A stretch of 63,676 nucleotides of DNA, filler included, from 10 parts of 10 records of this genome joined end to end with filler, not necessarily neighbours in it, one strand, 5' to 3'; shown: positions 45,277 to 56,661, counted from the whole stretch's first letter. The notes: generated by a model not told the origin, from the letters alone. Numbers and translations: made by a program.

Positions 45277-47969
45277 ATGGGGTGGAAGCGTAAGAGGAAA
45301 GGCGGCGGCGGCGGTCCGGGCAAGCGGTCCGGCGGGTCGCGGCCGGAGGTGCCCGGCGAGCGCGGTGGCGGGGCGCGTTCGGGCTGCGGCGATCCGGTGG
45401 GCAGGCAATTACCAGCTGGACGCCTTCACACGGGAGAGCCCACTGTTCGAGGGATACTACAAGGCACCGGCCGCCCCCCCGGCCCGAGCCAGCCGGCGCA
45501 GGAGGTGATTGGTGAGCCCGACTTCGAGCCGGCGATCGCGTGTCTGCGGACCGATCTGCCGTTGACATTCCGGATCCACGCCGGGTGCGAGGCCACACTG
45601 GAGCAGCTCGAGAAGACCTGGCTCCCCCAGCTGCAGGCTCCCCGCTCGGCCTCGGCCAGACCGACCGGGCGCAGGAGCTGGACCTCGGCGAGCGCGAATA
45701 TTCGCCGCCCCGGCCGCTAGCTTGGTACCCGGGCAGGCTGGGCTGGCACTTCAGCTTCACCAAGCGGGAGTTGCGCAAGAACCCGGCGGGTGGCCGGCCC
45801 AGCCAGCGGCTGAGCCTGGCTGCAGGTGCTCAAGCAGTTCCACGAATTTCTCAAGCGCGAGGAGGCGCGCGGTGCGCTCTCTAGGCAGGTGCGAGCGGCT
45901 AGTCGCCGGTGCCGGAGCCCCGTGCGCAGGAGGCCGTAAGTATGGTCCCGCCGCTGCTGCTCGGGGTGCGGCCGGAGCACCGGGTGCTGGACATGTGCGC
46001 CGCCCCCGGGATGAAGACCTCCCAGCTTCTGGAGGCACTTGCCTCCGAAGGCCTTGAGCCCCCGGGCGTCGTGGTCGCCAACGATGCGAACCGGTCCCGT
46101 GCATTCTTGCTGGCCCACACTCTCAAGCGGATGCGCACCCCGGCCTTTCTGGTAATCTGCCACGACGGGCGACAGGTCGCCCCCCGGGGCACAAGCACCT
46201 GACGCGGTGCAGGTGCCTTCGCTTGCGAGGAGGCTGCCTGATCAAGTGGCCCGCGAGCCGCTCCGGTTTGACCGGGTGCTGTGCGACGTGCCTTGCTCGG
46301 GGGACGGCACGCTGCGCAAGGCGCCGGACGCCTGGAACAAGTGGGCTCCGCACCTGGCGTTCAACCTGCACAAGGCTCAGCTTGGGATCGCTCTACGAGG
46401 CGCCGCGCTGCTCAAAGTTGGTGGACAGATGGTCTACTCAACCTGCTCGCTCAACCCGCTCGAGAATGAGTCCGTTGTGGCCCAGCTGCTCCAGGCGTGC
46501 GGCGGGGCGCTAGAGCTGGTGGACACGGCCTCTATGCTGCCGGAGCTCAGGAGAGCGCCCGGGATGGTCAGCTGGCCGCTGATCGGACTCAACAACAAGA
46601 TTTATAAAGAATTTTGCCCCGACGACGCGGCCAGCTCCAAGCTGGCTGGCCGGATGTTCGCGCCGGGCAACGCGGCTGAGCTTCACCTGGAGCGCTGTGT
46701 TCGGATCCTTCCTTCGCATCAGGACACTGGCGGCTTCTTCATTTGTCTGCTGCGCAAGCTCGCCGATCTTCCCAAGCCACAAACTGCCAGCGAGCCTGCC
46801 GAAGAGCCGGCGGCCGCAGCTGAGGAACCGGCGACTGCAGCCGCGGACGAGCCTGCAGCTGCAGAGCCGGCGACTGCAGAGGCTGTTGGCGAGGAGCCAG
46901 CTGCTGATAAAGGCAACCAATCCGAGGAGCCAGCCGCGGCCGAGGCTCCATCCGAGCTGTGTCGCGAGTTCCTCAAAGGTGCTAGGGTGTGCGCCGGGCC
47001 TGAGCCTGTGGCAGGCAAGTGCCACAGGACAAGCTGCAAGTTTGAGCACACGGAGGATCCGAGTCGGGCGGCTGTTGTGGTGCAACTGGCCTCCCGCCGG
47101 GCTGAGCAATCGGTCCAGGCCAAGGGCGGCGGGCAAGCGCAGGAGGAGCTGACGGCACTCGGACTGACTGAGGAAGGCCGGGCGATTGTGAAAGGGTTAA
47201 TTGAGTTCTACGGGCTGCCCGACAGCTTCCCGGTGCGGGCTTGGAGCGGGCTCGGGCTGAGCAGGGGGCAGGCGGAGCAAGTGTTCTCGCGGTCTTGCAA
47301 TCTCAAGCAGCTGAGCTATGTGCGCCGCTGGCTGGGGCTGGGTGTGAGGTGCTAGTCAGGTAAGCAAAGCGACCATGCAGCTGCTTCAAGCAGACGAGCG
47401 CCACAGGTCCCGCTGCCACTGCCCGGACTGATGCCGGGCAGGCTGAACGTCGTGTATTGCGGCGTGAAGGTCTTCGAGAAGACTGACGGTGCCCGAGTGC
47501 GCGCCTTGCTCTAATCGCTCGCCAGGGCTCAACTGCGACTGCGCGTATCGGATCTCGCAGGACGGGGCGCTGCTCATGCTCCCATGGGTCAAGACTCGGG
47601 CGGTGAGCAGCTCAATCGAGTTTATTTTCAAAATCCTGCAAGCTGAGAAGCATTCCTTTGACAAGGCCAGCAGCTACGAGCCCGATGGCAGCACAGTCAA
47701 GCAGTTGACAGAGCTCAGCCCTGGGAGCGTCCTGGTCCACGCTAAGGCTCCCACAGGAGTGCAGTTCTGCATAACCTTGTTCCGCGGGTGCGGGCTTGGT
47801 CGGTTGGCCGGTGAGTGTCTGCAGGTTTGGCCGGTTGTCTACCTTTGTGACCAAGGAAGAAGGGGCCGCGATCATCGAGGAGATTCGGCCGTTCGTGCCG
47901 GCTGAGGAGCTGACTGAGGAACCGGCGGCCGAGGCCGAGGCTCCGGCTCCAGCGGAGTCTACGCAATAG
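45277..47969 (+). CDS. NSUN2: tRNA m5C methyltransferase NSUN2/Trm4, many short introns, with an inserted CCCH zinc finger
   Basis: After splicing: FEGYYK, DLPLTFRI, SRQEAVSMVPP, VLDMCAAPGMKT, VVAND, DVPCSGDG, YSTCSLNPLENE, QDTGGFF, YRISQDG. Stop TAG at 47967. Confidence 0.92.
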
Positions 47970-48127
47970 ACCGACCAATTTCTTGATCGTGGTTGATACG
48001 TCTTATCTCGAGCTCGTCGACCTACGTAGATCGACTACAATCTTGTCAACCGAAAGGCGCTTGAAGCTCACAAGTGTAAATTAAAGTTCGTTACATGTAC
48101 ATGCACGGGCAAGACAACTCGTGCAGA

Positions 48128-49006
48128 TCAAGAGGTATCTTTCAACTTGTTATGCAGCACACTCATGTGAAACTGAGCATGCTGCGCCGCCTCCCTCACT
48201 AGCTTGGGGTCCGCACCGCTCAGCTCGGTCTCCAGCACGGCCATGTGCTGCCCACCGGCCCTCACCCCACCAACCACCCAACCCGCCACCTGTCTCGCCG
48301 TCTCGATCTCCTGATCCAGCCGCGACCCCCCGGCCTCTCCCCCCGCGCCACTGTGCACCCCAGCAGTCGCTCTCCTCCTCCAACGCTCCACCAGCCACCC
48401 CTGCCGCACCTGCCCGCCATTGCCAGGGCCTCCGGAGACCCGGCACCGCGCTGGACACCCCGGCGTATCTGACCAGCAGGCAAAGCAGCATCACGAGCCA
48501 TGACGAGCCCGGCTGCGCTGCCTTGGGGCTAAGGCTCTGAGCGCTCATTAGGCTCATCTGCCGTCCGGTCAGCCGGCCACCGGCGCCGGGCTGGCTGCCT
48601 GTGCGTGCCACGCCCAGAGCGCCTGAGAGGTGCGGCTCCGCCACCTGGCGAGGCACGCCACTGCCCGCTGGCCGCACCCATCCGCCGCGTGAGCGACCCG
48701 CTGCAGCCTCATCCCGCTGCCCCCGGCTGAGCAACCACCCTCGCGCGGGCGGGCACCGCTCGGCGGCTGCGGCCCGGCGGACCGCGGCCTGCAGGGCCAC
48801 ATTCATCGAGGCCACAACCTGCCGGAGCTGGCCCGCGTCCCGCACAGCTTGCTCGCGCTCGCCGACGGCCTCAGCCAGCGCCAGCCGGATCGAGCTCAGC
48901 CCCGCCGCATCCACCTCCGACTGGACGCTCGGTGCCGGAGGCAGGGTGTCGGGCCCAACGGACCAGTTCAACGCCGGAGCGGCGGGGCCGAGCGAGGCCA
49001 GGAAGT
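48128..49006 (-). CDS. Multi-exon hypothetical coiled-coil protein with a hydrophobic segment (5'-truncated)
   Basis: Coding-like segments (LSSIRLALAEAVGEREQAVRDA; WLVMLLCLLVRY; EAAQHAQFHMSVLHNKLKDTS*) are separated by short intron-like stretches. Confidence 0.4.
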
Positions 49007-49106
49007 NNNNNNNNNNNNNNNNNNNNNNNNNNNNNNNNNNNNNNNNNNNNTTAATTAATTAANNNNNNNNNNNNNNNNNNNNNNNNNNNNNNNNNNNNNN
49101 NNNNNN
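49007..49106. other. Artificial contig-join linker
   Basis: N44-TTAATTAATTAA-N44. Confidence 0.97.
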
Positions 49107-49346
49107 TCCATTGGTCACCTGCAGGCCCCGTGCATGAACCGATTGGCTATGGAGGCTCGAGGCTGCCTGCGGTCCCCACAATGAAGCCGTTATTCCTGCC
49201 CGGTGCGTGTCAGGAGCGGCCGCCGAATTGGCATACCAGCTTTGGGCGCAATTGTAGATCAAAACCTTGAACAGCATGAACAGTAAGGTTGTATAGATAG
49301 TGTGCCATAGCGTCCTCAGGAAAGCTATGGTCCTCAGGAAAGTCAT
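49107..49346 (-). CDS. Possible 5' end of a membrane or secreted protein (truncated)
   Basis: Open frame MTFLRTIAFLRTLWHTIYTTLLFMLFKVLIY runs to the contig edge, divergent from the next gene as elsewhere in the window. Confidence 0.3.
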
Positions 49347-49519
49347 CGGGGCTACGGCGACTCTTCAGGGCCGTCAGACAGTCAATACAGGAACTCAGCA
49401 CCACCACCTCACGCCCAGGATGCACGCAGCGGCTGCCAGTGGCTGCAGGTCGCACTCGCAGAGGGGTGTGGGCTGTGTGACTTGTAACGAAAAAGGCACA
49501 AAGCCGTTACTTACTCGCG

Positions 49520-51032
49520 ATGAACCCGGGCCGGGCCGAGGAGCTGCGGCAGTGGCAGGAAGAGCTGACCGGGGGCGAGCGGCTGCCCAACACCACCCTG
49601 CTGGTGGCGCGTACCGGGCAAGAATTTCTCTACAGACACCAGACCGGGCACTGCAAGCCGGGTGTGCCAATCGGCCCCCAATCGCTCTACCGGATGTACT
49701 CGATGACAAAGCCGGTCACCTCCGCCTGCGTGATGCAGCTGCTCGAGCGCGGGAGACTCCAGCTCACTGACCCGGTCTGGAAGCACCTCGGGCCCAGCTG
49801 GAAGAAGAAGGCAGCCGGCCCTGGCGCCCGGTGGCTCACCGGGAGCTGCAGCACATGGCGGTTTACAAACAAGGCAGCTACGACCCCGAGAGCGGGGAGT
49901 ACCAGACTGTGCCGTGCGAGCGGAGCATCACGGTGCTCCAGCTGCTGACCCACACCTCTGGGCTTTCGTACGGCTTCGACCGGTCCGGAATGTTCAACCC
50001 AGTAGATGGCATCTACGCGGCCGCAAAGGTGCACCGGGACGCCCCGCTGGCCGAATGGTGCGACCGGCTGAGCAAGTGTCCGTTGATGTTCCAGCCGGGC
50101 AGCTGCTGGTGGTACGGGTGCCGCTGGCCGGCCTGCTGTGTGGCTGATGTGCTGGCCAGGTACAATACGGATGTGTGCGGGGCTATCGTGCAGGCGGCCT
50201 CGGGCCAGCGGTTCGACGAATACGTCATCGAGCACATCTGCACCCCTCTCGGGCTGCGCGACTGCCGATTCGTGGTGGACGAGGCCGACGAGGCCCGATT
50301 CTGCGACAACTACATGCGGGCTGGACAGACCCCGGGGATGCTAGCTCTGGGGCAGGCTCCGGAAGGAGACGCCGGGCTGCAGCTGCTCAAGCAGGACTCG
50401 GCCCAGGCGCTGCGTGAGCGTCTGATGGTTTCGGGCGGCGGCGGGCTGGTGTCGACTGCACAAGAAATGCTCCGATTTATCCAGGTGATGAGATAGGGCT
50501 GGCTATCGGCTGACTGGAGCTAGATGGTGCTCAACCACGGCGAGCTGGACGGGGCGCGGGTGCTCTCGCCGGCCTCGTGTGCCATGATGACCACCAATCA
50601 GCTCCGGCGAGGCGGCCAGCCTGCGAGCATGCGGGAGATGACCCCGGACCTGCCCGGGTGGGAGAGCCCAGCCGCAGGAGACTGAATCGGGCAGGTACAC
50701 TGAGGCTGCCGAGGCCGGGGTGGGATTCGGGATCGGGTTTGCGGTCGTGATAGACCCGGCGCTGACCTGCAAATTGGGGCCTGCAGGGGTGAGGCAGCGG
50801 CGTGGTGCCGATCCCGAGCCCATGGGAGCAGGTGTTTTACTGGGGAGGAGCGGCGTCCACAGTGTTCTGGGGCGATCCAGTCAACCAGCTCGCAGTAGTG
50901 TTCGCGACCCAGCTCATGTTTCGGGACGACTTTGCGCTGCCGTTGCGAGCGCTGCTGGCAAATAGAGTCTATGGTGCGCTTACTAGCGTTGCGGATGGCA
51001 CTTCCAAGCCCGTGATGCGAGCAAAGCTATAA
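49520..51032 (+). CDS. Beta-lactamase-family serine hydrolase (EstB-like), multi-exon
   Basis: YRMYSMTKP (SxxK), LLTHTSGLSY, FQPGSCWWY, SGGGGLVST, GFGIGFAV, WGGAASTVFW. Introns include GC-AG 49811-49851. Confidence 0.88.
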
Positions 51033-51153
51033 ATAATTCGGATTTTTGGTAGATTTTTGGAAACACACGATCGTAAAATCCTCGCGTGAGGCTTACGCCC
51101 CTCGATGCGGGCATCAATGCACCCCACATAGATTTATTCAGATTAAAGTGCGA

Positions 51154-52593
51154 CTAAGTCCTTACCGTGCGACCTTCAGCTATCGCATCCTCGTCAATTG
51201 GTTGCACGAGCAGGAGAATAATTGCCGAGATAAGAGTCGATCCTGCGGAAACCCAGTAATAAATCTCTGTGCTGTTGATGTCGAAAGACCCTTGATGATC
51301 AGGAGGCACAAAACCCCTCAAGGTCTGCCAGCTACAAAAGGGACCAACAAACGCAGCAACGCCATATGAGACGACCATAGTGCTTATCGCCGTCCCAAAG
51401 TTTGCAGGACCGAAACATTCAAACCCTAATAGATAGAATATGACTTTGTTGGCACCCAGGCAAAATCCGATGAGTGACTGCAAGACGATAAACCACTCCA
51501 CGCCAATGTGCTTGCTTTCATGGATAACATAGCCAGACATGCAGAAGCTAAACATTTGCAAGACCAGCATGCCCATGTAGACAAGCTTCACCTTTATGAA
51601 TTTGGATAGGAATCCAGTGATAAGCCGCGCAACTGCATATGATGCCAGTAGAGTAGCTGACGTGAGCGTTTGTTCACTATCAGATGCACTGAACGTTGTA
51701 TTCATCAACGGGGAAACCATGTATTTGACCCCAAAGTCTGGAACGAGGCAAAAGAAGAAATTCAACCAGAGCAAAATATATGTCGACGACAACACCAACT
51801 CCTTCTGGTCCAAGACAATCTTGATCGAGGGCTGTGGAGTTATTCCCGGCGACGCCTCGTCATCTGTTCTTGCTGTGTCGTCTGAGTCCTGACACGCCTC
51901 CTCCCGTTTAGGCACAACCGTAATGCCGATTGAAACATATGCCAGCACGCTCACAACCAGGACAATGCCAGCTGCCACGCACATGCTTCCTGCGTCGCCC
52001 AATGCATTTATAAGTCCAGTGCCGTAATACGCAAACGATGCCGGCCACAGCCCCATCGAGAACCCGCACAGTCCGACGCCTGCTCCAGCGTAACCCACCT
52101 GCTTGAACCACACCAAGCAAGGGAGCACGCACACGAAATTCAACCCGGCTCCGGTCCCATACAGCGTCATCCCAATGGCGAACAGCCACAATTGCTTTTC
52201 GTGGATTGCGAGAGCTGCCAACAGCAGTCCAGCAGCCATTGATACAGTACCGATGGCGTACAGTTGGCAAATCCCGATGCGTGCCACGTGAGGCCCAACG
52301 GCCGCACTCACGATGGCACTGGCCAGCGTTGCCGCCGAGAAGATGTACACCACCGACCCGTTCCGCGTATCGTACGCCTCGTTCCCATAGAAGACGGCGT
52401 AGATGTCGTTGATCCAGACGTTGAAACCATACAGCACCGAGGTGAAAACAGTGGCGCAGGTTATGGTGAACAGGTTGACCGTGAATGCGAACCGGGTCGG
52501 CTCCGACTCGGCCAAGTGGTGAGCCCAGGCTCGAAGCGGCACACGCTGCCCGCTCGGGCGATCGGTGACGCTCGAGTGGCCCCCGCGCCCCAT
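51154..52593 (-). CDS. Major facilitator superfamily transporter (12 TM, OFA-like)
   Basis: 479 aa in two 6-TM halves with a central hydrophilic loop; GPHVARIG and FGPANFG-type MFS motifs. Confidence 0.8.
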   Translation of the reverse strand: MGRGGHSSVTDRPSGQRVPLRAWAHHLAESEPTRFAFTVNLFTITCATVFTSVLYGFNVWINDIYAVFYGNEAYDTRNGSVVYIFSAATLASAIVSAAVGPHVARIGICQLYAIGTVSMAAGLLLAALAIHEKQLWLFAIGMTLYGTGAGLNFVCVLPCLVWFKQVGYAGAGVGLCGFSMGLWPASFAYYGTGLINALGDAGSMCVAAGIVLVVSVLAYVSIGITVVPKREEACQDSDDTARTDDEASPGITPQPSIKIVLDQKELVLSSTYILLWLNFFFCLVPDFGVKYMVSPLMNTTFSASDSEQTLTSATLLASYAVARLITGFLSKFIKVKLVYMGMLVLQMFSFCMSGYVIHESKHIGVEWFIVLQSLIGFCLGANKVIFYLLGFECFGPANFGTAISTMVVSYGVAAFVGPFCSWQTLRGFVPPDHQGSFDINSTEIYYWVSAGSTLISAIILLLVQPIDEDAIAEGRTVRT

Positions 52594-53100
52594 ACGCCCC
52601 AGGGGTCCTACTGCTGGATAGAGGGCGGCGGGCTAGGCAGTGCTCTGGAGCTGAGCGCAGTGCCTGGCCACCCAAGAGCAGCTGCGGTAAGTTGCAGTTG
52701 GTTGCGGCCCAGGTTGCGGCCTGGGCTCTTTACAGTGCTATCTGGCTCCAACGGGCTAACGACACTTTCAGTTTCGAGTTCAGGGTCAGTGCCACTACGG
52801 CAGTGTACAATGTTCAAGTACTAGGCTAGTACTAGGCAGTGCTCAAGGAGATTATTTTACATTGATCCATGTATCCGTCAGTATATTTTAAACAAATATT
52901 CATAATGATAGTTTGAGGTTGATACTCGCCTCGGTATACCTCGGTATCAACCCAGGTGTAATCGTACCCAAGTAAAGACTAGATCTGATAGATACCAATG
53001 CGAGGGGCGGTCTTCACGACATCTGAACTGCCCAATCGTGAAGTCTGGAACATGAGCAAGCTTCAGCATGCTCGCTGGACATGTGGCATGAAATCCATGC

Positions 53101-56100
53101 TCACAAATAGAACATCTTCTTGTGCAATTGAACTTTCTGCTTGTCCCAGGGCAGATCGATTGCCATCTGTCCAAAGTCCACCGGGCCTGCTTGCTGGAGA
53201 TGGGTGCGGATGCGCTTTGCTGCAACACACCCCAGTAAGGATAGGTACCGGCAGTTGCTGTACCTGCAAGGTCGGCATAGTACAGTGCAGGCACTTTGGA
53301 GACTGAGCGTGTGCAGCGCCCATACAAGAAGCATAGCTGCAATCCTGACTCAGAACTCCATCTAGAAGGGGATCTAGATGCCTGGAATGTCATCCGGATC
53401 AGATCATTGAGCCGGTAATTGGCTTCATTGGAGGAAAGAACGACATAGCGTGGCATTTTGGGTTTGCCGACAACAGCTACATGGCTCTGCAGCCGAAACT
53501 CCATGTGCTCAGAGCTACAGACTCCTTGATCAGCCACAAATCCTGCCCTGGGATTCCCTTTCCAGTCCTTTGCTGCTGCGTCTGTTGGAAAGATGTGGAT
53601 CTTGTCATGCATGCTCATGATGTACGTGATCTTGGCTTCAGGAGCTGCCCGCTTGATATCTGGAATTTCCAGTGCCTTGACCTGCATTCAGCCTTAGATG
53701 GCACAGTCACATCCACTCACACTTGCAACTTCGCCAATGGGCACAGAATCCCGATAAACGAGGATCTCCAACGGACCATTTCCATGGTTGCGTCGTCCGT
53801 ATTCCTCCAGAAGCAGTTGAATGGAATCTTGCAGTGCCACCACGCGCTGGGCTGCTGTGTCTTGCAGCGTGCAGTCATTAGTGTAGAAGTTGAGGTTTGC
53901 ATCTACAGTCCTGAAAAACAGCAGCGCCTGAGCCGGGCATCAAATGCAAGGCACCCAGTGACAGAAGCCACAGAAGCAGCGCCAGGACGACGATCAATGT
54001 GGATCCCAACCACAAGGAGACGGGCAGGATCGATGGCGGGGTCATGGAGTTTGCAGTGCAGGCCGCCAAGGTGGAGATTAATCTGCGTCTCACAGTGAGC
54101 CACCAAAATCACTCAGGTCAATACCTTTTGAGCCACATTTGGAGCATATGATCTGTCGATGCGATTGGTTGAGATGCCCAGCTTTTCTCTGAGCTTCGGA
54201 AGGCTCACGCACTGCACAGGCAGAGGTTGTATCCTACAACCTGTGCAGTTGTGTACTCTTTCTGGAAGTAGGATGTCGGCTGCATATTTGATTGCCTCGT
54301 ACAGTGGAGTGTTGTCCTTCTTGTTGTCGTACGGCAGCATGCACATGATGATCTGAGGGGCGTTCTTGCGAGCGTGATATACGTGATCTCCGCACGCCCG
54401 CAGGGTTTCGTAGATGCTGTTTGCTTCGTTCAATCCCGTATGCACAACATAAGACGCTGGGCTCTTTGCTGTGATCCCTGTCTTTTCTATTTCGTCGAGA
54501 AGTGCATCGATGTCTGGCATAGTCTGCTGCTTCACAACACACTTGGCCACTTCTTCACGGCTTGCAAAGGAAACAACTCCCCAGCACCGCACCTCCTTTC
54601 CTTGGTCAAATTGTTTCGCCGCTTGCACAGCCGGCTTCCATGACTCGGCCTCGTAGTACAAGCTCGATGCAGCTGGATGAGGCAAGATGACATGAAATAG
54701 CTCAACTTGCTGCAGGTGGGCTGGTGCAGATCTCAGGCTCTTCTCAGGGCTGCTGGTGCCCTCAACCGACAGCATCTGAGCCCAGTCATGTGGCCAGATG
54801 CACAGGATTGCTTGCACATGGTGCCCGCAGCTCTCAGCACATCGAACGATCTCGCCTGTCGGGTCAGAACGAGCTTCTGGTGGCGCATATCGAGCCCGAG
54901 AAGGCCTGTGACTGAAACACGACCGACCAAACTCATCATGCAAGTTGTTGACAAGCCGGTCGCTGTCCATGTGCTCAGGGAAATGAACTAGGCCATAGTA
55001 GTCAAGCTTTGCATTCGAATGCCATTTCTTCCCAGCCATATTCCACTCTCCCACAGAATCTTTCCCGTGGATTGACCTCGATGCTTCGACAGTCCTGTTG
55101 TTGCCATAGTCCAATTTGGGGGGAGCCAACAGGCGAGCTCTGATCTGCACACTCACACCATCACGGGGCACCAAACGACAAGGATTGGCACCTGCATCTG
55201 CTCTATCTCGATCACCACACCAAGCACTGCCAGGTTAGCAACAGACTGTGGCACGATCTGCTGATAAGCCTCCTGAACCTGCCTCTCTTTCTGCGCAGCT
55301 GTGACAGAGACTTTCTTCTTGAACTGCTCCTGCAACAGAAGTGACTCTCGGGATAGCAGTGCTCTCACTTTGAAATGGCTGAGGTCTTTGTTGTCATTCA
55401 GCTGCTTGAACTGCTGCCCCGGCTGAAACTGTACCTGGCCCACATATCAGGGAGTCATCAGCAGGGCAAGCATGACCAGCTCCATTGGGAACCCTATCGG
55501 TGCCCCAGACTTCGTTGTTTTCTTGACAAAGATAAGCGGAAGATCAGGATTCTTGAGGCGACGGCCGTATTTCTGAACAGTCCCAACTCAGAACGCTCTT
55601 TCATGCACCAGGTGGCTACCTCATAGTAGTAATCCTTCACAGAGATCTTCAGGCCCAGACCGTTGGTGAACATATAATCCCGCGCACTCGGCCCGAGGTG
55701 GTCCAGGTAGTGCTTGGTGCATTTTGGCTCTGTGCGGTTGACTTCGATGGCTTGCCCTTCTAACATCTGAGTCCACGCCTGAGTGAGATGCCACCTGCAC
55801 GTCACACCTGCTGGTGGAGCTTGACACGTGCTTCCTCAGCGTCGGATGCGGTTTGAAAGGTGAGGAAGGCATAGCCTCGGGAAGCGCCCTCGTGGTCGCG
55901 TACAACCTTGCTCTCGGCTTTGGCACATTTCTTGGCAGCCAAGAGCTGTTGGAGTGCTTCTTCGGCCACAGTCGGAGCAAGGCCGCCAACGTGGAGCTGG
56001 CAATCGGTAATGTAGTCTTGCGGCACTACTAGAGCGAGCGATCTCTTGAACAGCCCACGCCGTGTCTCGAGTGGAAGGCGAGACTTCTCCATCGCATGCC

Positions 56101-56380
56101 ACCAGTCCGCAAGGAATGCTGGATCCGACGGGAACGCAGGCATGTGCACCCGGTCCGCAACGAGGAACAGCTGATGGCCAGCCTGCATCACCGTATGATA
56201 GACCCCACGCATCAACTCCACGACGCCTTCACGGTCGAGCATGGTCGAGTCCCGAGGGTCAAACAACCCAGCGCAGAGCCTGATCATACGAGGGAAGCCC
56301 TGGACGATGGCGCTCCTGGTCATCTGGCCGATCAGCCTGGCGTTGATCACACCTGCATCGCGCGTCACGGGCCAACCCAA
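53101..56380 (-). CDS. AGO: Argonaute-family protein (L1 - PAZ with RRM insert - L2/MID - PIWI), multi-exon; N domain missing at contig end
   Basis: L1: ELMRGVYHTV..LFLVAD. PAZ: ISVKDYYYEKYGRRLKNPDLP..FPMEL..PGQ. L2: ARLLAPPKLDYG..GEWNM. MID: LYEAIK, VQCV, NVAQKINLHLGG. PIWI: ILVYRD, GNPRAG, FRLQSH, LCFLYGRCTRSVSKVPALYYADLA, C-terminal MFYL*. Confidence 0.92.
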
Positions 56381-56561
56381 CGGCCGAACTAAGGTGCTGC
56401 GGACCTCAAGTCCAAGCCGGCGTGGGGGACTTAGGCTTAACTAAAGCAGGGGCTGGTTTCACTCCCCCGCCTAGCTAGCGATAGGGTGGTGGAGGGGCTG
56501 GTATCGCGCCCCCGCTACCCGGGCCGGCGGCTGGGGTGCTCAATCCCCAGTCCTGCCCGAC

Positions 56562-56661
56562 NNNNNNNNNNNNNNNNNNNNNNNNNNNNNNNNNNNNNNN
56601 NNNNNTTAATTAATTAANNNNNNNNNNNNNNNNNNNNNNNNNNNNNNNNNNNNNNNNNNNN
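56562..56661. other. Artificial contig-join linker
   Basis: N44-TTAATTAATTAA-N44. Confidence 0.97.

Noticed and set aside
56447-56520. Imperfect direct repeat AGGGGCTGGT..CCCCCGC upstream of the Argonaute exons
   Set aside because: Only two degenerate copies at a contig edge, not enough to call an element or array.
40743-56561. Functional linkage of the Argonaute with the retrotransposon or neighbouring genes as one defence locus
   Set aside because: They lie on different contigs joined artificially, so proximity in the window carries no information.
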